Source: Acetobacter sp.
GTDB taxonomy: Bacteria > Pseudomonadota > Alphaproteobacteria > Acetobacterales > Acetobacteraceae
NCBI RefSeq assembly: GCF_052102375.1
Contig: NZ_JBQDXI010000002.1
Span: 4,159 to 68,158 of the forward strand
Direction of reading: 5' to 3'
DNA length: 64,000 bases
Part shown: one piece after another, positions 18,954 to 26,949 of the stretch
Layout of the letters: each line of letters begins with the position of its first letter
How positions within the stretch are numbered: position 1 is the stretch's first letter
Program-made: the position numbers and the translations under genes
The notes under the pieces: generated by a model
What the model saw: only the letters and a program-made list of their open reading frames with translations
Told to the model about the DNA's origin: nothing
The model's database searches: none

Positions 18954-21772
18954 TCTTCCTAACGCCTCTCGCCCTGTTGGGGCTGTTAAGCCTGCCGGTT
19001 GTTTGGTTTCTGCTCCGGGCTACGCCACCCCGGCCACGCAGGCAGAGTTTTCCTGCTATCCAGATCTTACGTAGCCTCCATCCGCAGGAAGTGGATGCCA
19101 GTCGTGCGCCTCTATGGTTGTTGCTTATACGGCTGTGCGCGGTGACATTGCTGGTTTTGGGTTTAGCTCGCCCTGTTATCACGGGGGATGCCCTCCCCTC
19201 CGTCGGGCATGGCCCCATTGCCTTGGTACTGGATGATGACATGCTGTCCGCTGCAAGTTGGCCCGAACGGCTAGCCGTGGCACAAAGCCTTGTTGATGAT
19301 GCAGACCACGCTAAGAGACCCATTCTGCTGTTACGCACAGCGGGCACGAGTACTGAAGACGCTACTGACGCCCCCTCAGTACTCCGCCCGGCAAGCGTGG
19401 TCAGGCAGGAACTGGCCTCCCTCCGTCCCTCCCCATGGGAAACAGATCGCACCGCTCTGGCTCGCAAACTTTCTGCGCACAGCCTGCCGACCTTCGGAAA
19501 CGTGATTTACATCGCTAACGGTGTAGCCAGTGACGGAGATGCCCTGTTGGCAAAAAGCCTGCAGGCGCTTGGCCCGGTACAGGAAATACGCATTCCGGAC
19601 AGTGCCATCTACGCCCTGCAACCGGCGCACTCCCACACAGGGGCTGTCATGGGGCATCTTCTTGCCCTGCCCACCGATGCCCCAAGGGCTGTTACCGTGC
19701 ACGTTCATACACAGGATGGCGGAACGCTAGCCGTTGTTCCTGTCACACTCCCCGCCAAAAGTGGTGGAACAGATATTGTGGTAGATCTCCCTACCACCGT
19801 GCGTAACCGGATTGACCGGTTATCTCTCTCTGGTCAACCCAGTGCCGCCACCACTCTTTTGCTTGATGAAGGTGACCGCCTGCGCCCGGTTGGTCTCATG
19901 ACGACAGGCGCTGCTGATACACCTCTCATAGGCCCGCTTTTCTACCTTCGCCGTGCTTTAGCCCCGACAGCAGATTTGCATGAAGGCCCTGCCGCAACCC
20001 TGCTATCACAACCCTTTTCTGTGCTAATTGCACCAGACGGCGCCTTGGCAGACCCTGCCCTGCGCCAGAAAGTAGCGGAATGGGTCAAAAATGGCGGTAC
20101 GCTTATTCGGTTTGCAGGCCCGGCTCTTGCTGGTGCCCAGCACGATGGTAGCACGCCCCCTCCAGCCGATGCCCCAACTGGTACAGATCCTTTGGATAAT
20201 GGTCACGATGCACTGCTCCCCGTTGCCTTACTAGACGGGTCGCGGCAGCTTGGCGGCACCATGACCTGGGGCACACCGCAGAAGCTTGCTCCGTTTGACG
20301 CCTCCTCTCCTTTTCACGGGTTGGCCATTCCGTCAGATGTCACAATTTCCCGGCAGGTTCTGGCCAGCCCTATGGCAGACCTATCTGCCCATAGCTGGGC
20401 ACGGCTGGCAGATGGCACACCGCTTGTCACCCATAAAGAACTTGGCAAAGGCGAGGTCATTCTCTTTCATGTCAGCAGCACGGCAGACTGGTCTAACCTG
20501 CCCCTGTCCGGCCTTTTTGTCAGCATGTTGCAACGCCTGACGGAACACGCCAATGGTGTGAGCATGCCAGCGGATAACAGCATTCTCTCTCCTGTGCTGA
20601 CATTGGATGGAGACGGCGCTCTTGGCCCTCCGCCTGCTACAGCCAAGGGCTTACAGGCCGATGCCTTTGCCACCACGCAGGCATCTGCAGCACATCCACC
20701 GGGCCTGTACGGTCCACGCGCCACACGCCGTGCCCTTAATGCAGCGACACAGTTGCACATGTTAACCCCAGCGGCAGCGTTTGGGGTCATAACCAGCCCA
20801 TCTGGTCATAGGCCAGACACGCCGTTAGGCCGCTATTGCCTGCTGGCAGCCCTTGCGCTGCTTCTGCTGGACGCCCTGCTGGTCCTAGCCATGCGACAAG
20901 GCTTAAAACTGGGCAAACAGACCTTTAGCCGTCGTGGCAGTGTCGCCATGGTGCTTGTTCTGTTGTGCTCCGCGCACCCCGCCGCACAAGCACAGACGCC
21001 TGTGGCACCAACTAACAGCGCGCCAGCACCGGCGCATGTTCCCGGTGGAGCGCTTGAAACCCGGCTGGCTTATGTTCTGACTGGCCATACCGACATTGAT
21101 ACCGTCTCCCGGCAGGGTCTTCAGGGGTTGTCTGATTATGCCAATGCCCGCACCTCCGCCATGCTTGGGCACCCGGACGGAGTGACCCTCGGGCAGGATG
21201 ATTTGAGTTACTACCCCCTGCTTTACTGGCCGATTACGGCAGATGCACACATCACCCCACAGCAGACCGCTGCGTTAACAGCCTTTATGGCGCATGGCGG
21301 CATTTTGCTGATTGATACGCAAGGGCAGGATTCCGGCAACGCAGAGTCTACTGACCCTTCTGCTGGCTTTGCCGGGGATGCCCCCGGGTCACGCTCCGCC
21401 CTGCGGCGCGTGACGAATGGCCTACCCATTCCGCCGCTCAGCGTTATGACCGACCACCACCTTCTGGCGCATACTTTTTATATGCTGCACGACTTTCCGG
21501 GCCGTTATGCTGGGCAAAATATATGGGTGGCGCGTGAAGGCGTTGCTGAGAATGATGATGTCAGCCCCGTTATCATTGGTTCGGGTGACTGGGCGCACGC
21601 ATGGGCGGTAGATGAAAACGGCAACACCCCCTATGCCGTTATTCCCGGCGGCACGGAGCAGAGGCAACTGGCATATCGCTTCGGGGTTAATGCCGTTATC
21701 TACGCCCTGACTGGCAACTATAAAGCAGATCAAGTGCACGTGCCCATGCTGCTTAAACGGCTGGGGGAATAA
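18950..21772 (+). CDS. BatA-type N-terminal double-TM, degenerate VWA and C-terminal DUF4159 membrane protein
   Basis: MIFLTPLALLGLLSLPVVWFLLRATPPRPRRQSFP BatA-like start; second TM pair near aa 630-680; YYPLLYWPI, GGILLIDT, AYRFGVNAVIYALTGNYKADQVH. Confidence 0.8.
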   Translation: MIFLTPLALLGLLSLPVVWFLLRATPPRPRRQSFPAIQILRSLHPQEVDASRAPLWLLLIRLCAVTLLVLGLARPVITGDALPSVGHGPIALVLDDDMLSAASWPERLAVAQSLVDDADHAKRPILLLRTAGTSTEDATDAPSVLRPASVVRQELASLRPSPWETDRTALARKLSAHSLPTFGNVIYIANGVASDGDALLAKSLQALGPVQEIRIPDSAIYALQPAHSHTGAVMGHLLALPTDAPRAVTVHVHTQDGGTLAVVPVTLPAKSGGTDIVVDLPTTVRNRIDRLSLSGQPSAATTLLLDEGDRLRPVGLMTTGAADTPLIGPLFYLRRALAPTADLHEGPAATLLSQPFSVLIAPDGALADPALRQKVAEWVKNGGTLIRFAGPALAGAQHDGSTPPPADAPTGTDPLDNGHDALLPVALLDGSRQLGGTMTWGTPQKLAPFDASSPFHGLAIPSDVTISRQVLASPMADLSAHSWARLADGTPLVTHKELGKGEVILFHVSSTADWSNLPLSGLFVSMLQRLTEHANGVSMPADNSILSPVLTLDGDGALGPPPATAKGLQADAFATTQASAAHPPGLYGPRATRRALNAATQLHMLTPAAAFGVITSPSGHRPDTPLGRYCLLAALALLLLDALLVLAMRQGLKLGKQTFSRRGSVAMVLVLLCSAHPAAQAQTPVAPTNSAPAPAHVPGGALETRLAYVLTGHTDIDTVSRQGLQGLSDYANARTSAMLGHPDGVTLGQDDLSYYPLLYWPITADAHITPQQTAALTAFMAHGGILLIDTQGQDSGNAESTDPSAGFAGDAPGSRSALRRVTNGLPIPPLSVMTDHHLLAHTFYMLHDFPGRYAGQNIWVAREGVAENDDVSPVIIGSGDWAHAWAVDENGNTPYAVIPGGTEQRQLAYRFGVNAVIYALTGNYKADQVHVPMLLKRLGE

Positions 21773-21778
21773 GAGGCC

Positions 21779-23956
21779 ATGCTCACTCACCTCACCTCCA
21801 GCTTGGGTTTTGCCCCTCTTGTGCCGTTATGGGCTCTCATCGCACTGGGCTGTGCCGCTCTTGCCCTGTGCGGGTATGCGTTACGCCACCGTACAAAAGG
21901 CGCGATGTTTCGGCTGGCCGCTATCCTCTCTGTTCTTGTGTGGCTGGCAGGACCGCAACGCCTGCATGAAAGCTGGCATATGCTGCCAGAAACAGCGCTG
22001 CTGGTGGTGGACCAATCCCCCTCCATGTCACTGGGCCAACGCGCTGCACTGGCACAACAGGCAGAACATCTGTTGGCCAATGATAAAAAGCAGGGCCTGA
22101 ACCTTCGCACAGTGACAGTGCGGAATTCCGGCCACGATGGTACACGCCTGTTTGAGGCGCTGGATCAAGCTGCGGCAGATATTCCCTCTGACCAGTTTGC
22201 CGGAGCTATCATGCTAACGGATGGTCAGGTTGCGGACACACCACAAAGCCTGCCCGAAAAACTGACTCCCACCGCCCCGGATGATCGTAAAACCACACTG
22301 CCACTGCATGTTATTCTTCCCGCCAAAGGGGAGGAAAGTGATCGTCGGCTAAGGGTTCTGCAAGCCCCGCCTTATGCCATTGTGGGCCAACCCGCCACCG
22401 TGCGTGTGCAGGCTGATGATTCCGGTCCCGGTACGGCAAAAGGGACCGCAGCCACCCTGACGGTGCGTGTGAATGGGGATGCCCCTTTCACCTTACCAAT
22501 TACAACAGGTACACCACAGGATATTGAAATACCGGCCTCACACCCAGGCCAAATTCTTGTCAGCCTTGCGGTGTCCCCTCTGGAGGGCGAAGTCTCCAAC
22601 CTGAACAACCAGACCGTTACCCGGATGAATGGCATACGCGATCGGCTCCGCGTTCTGTTGATCTCCGGCACCCCCAATCAGGGAGAGCGCGTCTGGCGGC
22701 GTCTGCTGAAAGCTGACCCTTCTGTCGATCTCATACACTTCACCATTCTGCGGCCACCGGATAAGGATGATGGTACCCCCCTGTCCGACCTCGCTCTGAT
22801 CGCCTTCCCGGTTCGGGAGCTTTTTCAGGAAAAGATTGATCAGTTTGATCTGATCATTCTGGACGGGTTTGAAAATCAGAACATTCTACCGCCCAGCTAC
22901 CTACGCAACATTGCAAATTTTGTGCGTAAAGGGGGCGGCCTGCTGCTGACTGCCGGGCCGGAATTTGTCGGCCCCGGTACGTTACAGGACACTGCGGTAG
23001 GCGATATTCTGCCTGCGCATGTTCCGCTTGATGGCAGCATGGTAGAGCAGGCCTTCCGCCCGCGTCTGACAGCAGAGGGGCAAAATCACCCTGTTACGGC
23101 CGCTTTACCGGGTGCTCCAACGCCCGCCACCGGCACACAGGCTGACACGGCGCACACCATCACAGGCCAATGGGGGCCATGGTATCGGTCTCTCAAACCC
23201 AGTTCCACACATGGCCAAACCTTGCTCAGTGGGCCAGACAATGCGCCGCTCCTGATATTAGACCGGGTGGATCAAGGCCGGGTCGCCCTTCTGCTCTCTG
23301 ACCAAATATGGCTCTGGTCACGCGGGGAAGGAGGCGGAGGCCCACAGGCTGAGCTGTTACGGCGTATTTCTCACTGGCTTATGAAAGAGCCGGAGTTGGA
23401 AGAAGAACAACTGACAGCACAGAATGAAGGGGGCGTACTCACAGTCACACGCCGCAGTGCTTCTGGCAGCACTCCCCCCACTGTAACAGTCACAGCACCG
23501 GATGGGCAGACACACCCTCTGGCCCTGAAGACTGCTGAGCCAGATAAAGCTGCGTCCACTTCCTCTCCTGTAAAAAGTGGCATTGCCACTGGCCACATGC
23601 AGGCGGAGCAAGCCGGAATTTGGCAGGTCGATGACGGAACCCACAAGGCATTTGCTGCGGCCATGCCGCCTGACCCACAGGAATTTACCGATATCCGGGC
23701 AACGGCCTCGCGCCTCGCCCCACTCAGTACCGCCAGTGGCGGGGGCATTTTCTGGACTGGGGTTCCGGCGCAGGTACCAAGCCTTAAACTGGTAGAGGGT
23801 TCTTCCTTTCACGGGGCCGATTGGGCAGGGTTTCCTCACAGGAATGCTCATGTCGTCACGGGCCGAACCGCAACACCGCTCCTGCCTGCGTGGCTTATGC
23901 TTATAGTCTCACTCAGCCTTCTTTTTATAGGCTGGTGGCGGGAAGGACGTTCTTGA
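21779..23956 (+). CDS. Membrane protein with VWA-like and glutamine amidotransferase-like domains
   Basis: Two N-terminal TMs, VVDQSPSM MIDAS, LTDGQ, LRVLLISGTPNQGERVWRRLLKADPSVDLIHFTILRPP, C-terminal TM ending GWWREGR. Confidence 0.75.
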   Translation: MLTHLTSSLGFAPLVPLWALIALGCAALALCGYALRHRTKGAMFRLAAILSVLVWLAGPQRLHESWHMLPETALLVVDQSPSMSLGQRAALAQQAEHLLANDKKQGLNLRTVTVRNSGHDGTRLFEALDQAAADIPSDQFAGAIMLTDGQVADTPQSLPEKLTPTAPDDRKTTLPLHVILPAKGEESDRRLRVLQAPPYAIVGQPATVRVQADDSGPGTAKGTAATLTVRVNGDAPFTLPITTGTPQDIEIPASHPGQILVSLAVSPLEGEVSNLNNQTVTRMNGIRDRLRVLLISGTPNQGERVWRRLLKADPSVDLIHFTILRPPDKDDGTPLSDLALIAFPVRELFQEKIDQFDLIILDGFENQNILPPSYLRNIANFVRKGGGLLLTAGPEFVGPGTLQDTAVGDILPAHVPLDGSMVEQAFRPRLTAEGQNHPVTAALPGAPTPATGTQADTAHTITGQWGPWYRSLKPSSTHGQTLLSGPDNAPLLILDRVDQGRVALLLSDQIWLWSRGEGGGGPQAELLRRISHWLMKEPELEEEQLTAQNEGGVLTVTRRSASGSTPPTVTVTAPDGQTHPLALKTAEPDKAASTSSPVKSGIATGHMQAEQAGIWQVDDGTHKAFAAAMPPDPQEFTDIRATASRLAPLSTASGGGIFWTGVPAQVPSLKLVEGSSFHGADWAGFPHRNAHVVTGRTATPLLPAWLMLIVSLSLLFIGWWREGRS

Positions 23957-24026
23957 GCGGCTTCTTCTTCCCGCCGTCCTGCCAATGTGATAGTTTGGCT
24001 GTTATCGTTTTCCGTATGGACAGAAC

Positions 24027-24632
24027 ATGACCCGCTTGTTCCGCATTCTTCCGGCTACTCTGGCCTGCTCTGGTTTTCTGGCAGTTGCCCTCCCTGCCTC
24101 TGCCTGGGCGCAATCCGCCCGTGAGCAGGAGCAACAGGCCGCTGCGGAAGAAGCCCAGCAAAAAGCTGAGGCTGCCAAAGAAGCCAAACGCGCAGCCCCA
24201 CCGGCCGCCATTCCCGGCGCGGGGAATGATGAAGATGACGGTGAGCATGCCAATGCGGACATGGAGCCAACAGCAGCCCTGTTTGACGCCATCAATCGTG
24301 GCAGCGTGAGTGCTGCCAAAGAATCTATCAACCGTGGCGCGGATATGTATCACCGGAATATTCTGGGACAGACCCCGCTTGAAATGTCTATTGACCTGAA
24401 CCGTAACCCCATCACCTTTCTGCTGCTCTCCCTCCGCAGTGCGGACGAACAGGGGGCACGCACCGCTGTGGCAACCGGTGAGCCACGTATGAGCGTGGAA
24501 AACGGTTCGGGCCACCTTACAATCGGCGCGGGTAAGGCTCCGAGCAAAACGTCACGCTACGGTAATCGTTATGATCAGTCCGGCGGCACACCGAAACCGG
24601 AAGTCGGTTTTCTCGGGTTTGGCGGCAGATAA
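24027..24632 (+). CDS. Secreted protein with ankyrin-like repeat
   Basis: Sec signal ending ASAWA-Q; LFDAINRGSVSAAKESINRGAD..RNILGQTPLEMSIDLNRNPITFLL resembles ankyrin consensus. Confidence 0.65.
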   Translation: MTRLFRILPATLACSGFLAVALPASAWAQSAREQEQQAAAEEAQQKAEAAKEAKRAAPPAAIPGAGNDEDDGEHANADMEPTAALFDAINRGSVSAAKESINRGADMYHRNILGQTPLEMSIDLNRNPITFLLLSLRSADEQGARTAVATGEPRMSVENGSGHLTIGAGKAPSKTSRYGNRYDQSGGTPKPEVGFLGFGGR

Positions 24633-24650
24633 GCCTGACCTGCCCAAACA

Positions 24651-24680
24651 AAAAAAGCCGCTCATAAGAGCGGCTTTTTT
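24651..24680. terminator. Bidirectional intrinsic terminator between the ankyrin-like gene and ccrM
   Basis: AAAAAAGCCGCTC-ATAA-GAGCGGCTTTTTT. Confidence 0.92.
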
Positions 24681-24699
24681 ATTGCGTAAGCAGTTGTTT

Positions 24700-25833
24700 T
24701 TAGCCAACAGCCGTTTTTAACGCCATTTCCATAGTCTCTTGTGCCAAGGCGAGACTTTCCTGCCGCAGCACGTCCAGAGGCAGCAACTCTCCATTCCGCT
24801 CAAAGTGCCAGAATGTCCAGCCGTTGCAGGAAGGAGCATTTGTCAGCATAGCGCCCATTTTGTGAATGGAGCCGCGCTTTGTACCGCTAACAAGCGTGCC
24901 ATCTGGTGCAACAGTGGCTTGAACGCGCTGTTTCTTGTCACACAAAGCAACACCGGCACCAATAAGCCCCTGCTCTACCAGACTGCCAAACGGTACACGG
25001 GGCGTTTCGCGCTTATCAGGTGTGGCCTGCACGGCGTCCTCGGCGAGAGGCACTTCACGCTCAACACGGTCTCGTGCCGCCGCAACATAGTCCGGGTGAC
25101 GCTCAATACCAATAAAACGGCGGCGCAACCGGCGAGCCATAGCCGGTGTGGTGCCTGTGCCCGTGAAGGGATCAAGCACAACATCCCCAACAGCCGTGGA
25201 GGCCAGAATAACCCGGTGCAGCAAGCTTTCGGGCTTCTGGGTTGGGTGCAGCTTCAGGCCGTGCTCGTTCCGCAAGCGCTCATTCCCCGTGCAGAGGGGC
25301 AGATACCAGTCTGACCGCATCTGCACATCATCATTCAGTGCTTTCATGGCCTGATAGTTGAAGCGGTAACGGCTCGTCTCGCTTTTAGCCACCCAGATCA
25401 TGGTTTCGTGCGCATTGGTAAAGCGCCGCCCACGGAAATTGGGCATAGGGTTGGACTTGCGCCACACAATATCATTCAGGATCCAGAACCCGAGGTCCTG
25501 CAGAATAGCCCCGATCCGGAAAATATTGTGGTAAGAGCCAATCACCCACATGGTGCCGTCTTTATGAAGCACCCGGTGGGCTTCCGTCAGCCAGTCCCGC
25601 GTAAATTTGTCGTAGGCCTGAAGGTCTGTAAATTTATCCCAGTCATCATCCACCCCATCAACAAGGGAGTCATCTGGGCGGCGCAATTCACCACGCAACT
25701 GAAGGTTGTAAGGTGGGTCTGCAAAAATGCAATCCACGGAGCCTGAAGGCAGGCCACGCATGGTTTCCACACATTCGCCGCGCAGAATCTGGTCCAGAGG
25801 CAGTTCCATGCCCATTGATTGTGCGCCGCTCAT
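24700..25833 (-). CDS. ccrM: Cell-cycle-regulated beta-class DNA adenine methyltransferase CcrM (GANTC)
   Basis: [11 protein letters not shown] (motif IV), [42 protein letters not shown] (motif I), C-terminal SIHK...CNGWTFWH domain; adjacent to rnhB. Confidence 0.93.
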   Translation of the reverse strand: MSGAQSMGMELPLDQILRGECVETMRGLPSGSVDCIFADPPYNLQLRGELRRPDDSLVDGVDDDWDKFTDLQAYDKFTRDWLTEAHRVLHKDGTMWVIGSYHNIFRIGAILQDLGFWILNDIVWRKSNPMPNFRGRRFTNAHETMIWVAKSETSRYRFNYQAMKALNDDVQMRSDWYLPLCTGNERLRNEHGLKLHPTQKPESLLHRVILASTAVGDVVLDPFTGTGTTPAMARRLRRRFIGIERHPDYVAAARDRVEREVPLAEDAVQATPDKRETPRVPFGSLVEQGLIGAGVALCDKKQRVQATVAPDGTLVSGTKRGSIHKMGAMLTNAPSCNGWTFWHFERNGELLPLDVLRQESLALAQETMEMALKTAVG

Positions 25834-26459
25834 GCCCGGCCCTCCCTGTTAAAAAGTTCAAGTTGCCGGCGTACTGTGCCGAAAGTTTTACGATGATGCG
25901 GCGTGACACCCACTGTAGTCAGCGCATGGCGATGCACAGGCGTGCCGTAACCGGCATTCCTATCCCACCCATAAGCGGGCCAGCGGGCATCCAGACGCGC
26001 CATAATGCGGTCGCGCACCACTTTTGCAATGATGGACGCCGCCGCGATAGACAGACTCAGGCCGTCACCGCCAACCAGCGTTTGTGTGCTGCACCCAAAA
26101 TCCGGGGTCTTGTTGCCATCCACCAGCACGTGGTCCGGCACACTTGGCAGGCGCGCAACAGCACGCTGCATGGCCAGATGTGCGGCATGATGGATATTCA
26201 TGTCGTCAATTTCAGAGGTCGAGGCTGCGCCAAGCCCGATTTCAATACCCGGCACAGTGGGCAAGCGTGCGGCTATAGCCTCACGCAGCATTGGCTTCAG
26301 TTTTTTGGAATCATCAATAACGGCAGCCAGATCATCCGGCACGCCAGCGGCAAACACGACTGCGGCAGCCACGACAGGACCAGCAAGTGGGCCACGACCC
26401 ACTTCATCCACTCCCGCCACACGCCCACCGTGTTGCATTTCCCGCGTAAAATCTGGCAT
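25830..26459 (-). CDS. rnhB: Ribonuclease HII
   Basis: [53 protein letters not shown]; ATGA overlap with ccrM. Confidence 0.96.
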   Translation of the reverse strand: MPDFTREMQHGGRVAGVDEVGRGPLAGPVVAAAVVFAAGVPDDLAAVIDDSKKLKPMLREAIAARLPTVPGIEIGLGAASTSEIDDMNIHHAAHLAMQRAVARLPSVPDHVLVDGNKTPDFGCSTQTLVGGDGLSLSIAAASIIAKVVRDRIMARLDARWPAYGWDRNAGYGTPVHRHALTTVGVTPHHRKTFGTVRRQLELFNREGRA

Positions 26460-26484
26460 TGCCCCTCTTTCGACTGATTTGGAA

Positions 26485-26574
26485 CGACTCGGTTAAAATT
26501 ACCGAGTCGCACCATCACCGACTCTGTGAGGCAAGGAGAATCACTTTTTGACTCCGAGCGCAAGACTCGGAGTC
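26485..26574. promoter_or_regulatory. Array of seven GANTC (CcrM) sites in two hairpins upstream of rnhB-ccrM
   Basis: GANTC at 26486, 26504, 26520, 26538, 26550, 26564, 26570; IR1 CGACTCGGT/ACCGAGTCG (26485-26509), IR2 GACTCCGAG/CTCGGAGTC (26550-26574). Confidence 0.8.
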
Positions 26575-26583
26575 GGTATTTTT

Positions 26584-26889
26584 TTAGGAACGCTTGCCAC
26601 GTGGGAAAAGCAGCCAGCCAACCAGCAGGCCAACTACGGACACAATACCCAGTGACAGCAGGGGTTTATCGCGCACGAAGGTCACAGCTTTTTCCACTAC
26701 GCCTTCACCTTCTTCGTACAGGTCAGCAAAGTCCTGCTGGGCTGCACCGGTAAACTGGTCAAATTTACCTTCAGCCTGCAAACCGAGATCACCCGTCAGA
26801 CCACCCACAGCGTCTTTGACGCGTCCTTTGGTTTCGTCAACCAGACCTTCAACCTTGTTGGACACGTTTTTCAGTTTATCGTCAGCCAT
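26584..26889 (-). CDS. CsbD-like general stress protein with C-terminal tail anchor
   Basis: KVEGLVDETKGRVKDAVGGLTGDLGLQAEGKFDQFTG CsbD pattern; C-terminal KPLLSLGIVSVVGLLVGWLL TM; AAGGAG RBS favours ATG 26889. Confidence 0.82.
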   Translation of the reverse strand: MADDKLKNVSNKVEGLVDETKGRVKDAVGGLTGDLGLQAEGKFDQFTGAAQQDFADLYEEGEGVVEKAVTFVRDKPLLSLGIVSVVGLLVGWLLFPRGKRS

Positions 26890-26949
26890 TTGGCGTCTCC
26901 TTTTGTTATCGTTTTCCCACACACATCCGCTTAAAAAAGCGGTAATAGT

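Noticed and set aside
24700-25833. Restriction-modification or defence system
   Set aside because: No endonuclease nearby; motifs, C-terminal domain and rnhB synteny identify the orphan housekeeping methylase CcrM.
26491-26503. CtrA box in the hairpin-1 loop (and at 25849-25860)
   Set aside because: Only TTAAC half-sites; spacing does not give TTAA-N7-TTAA.
26485-26574. CRISPR or REP/IS-end interpretation of the repeat cluster
   Set aside because: No constant-length direct repeats with spacers, no cas or transposase genes; the repeats are short inverted repeats built on GANTC.
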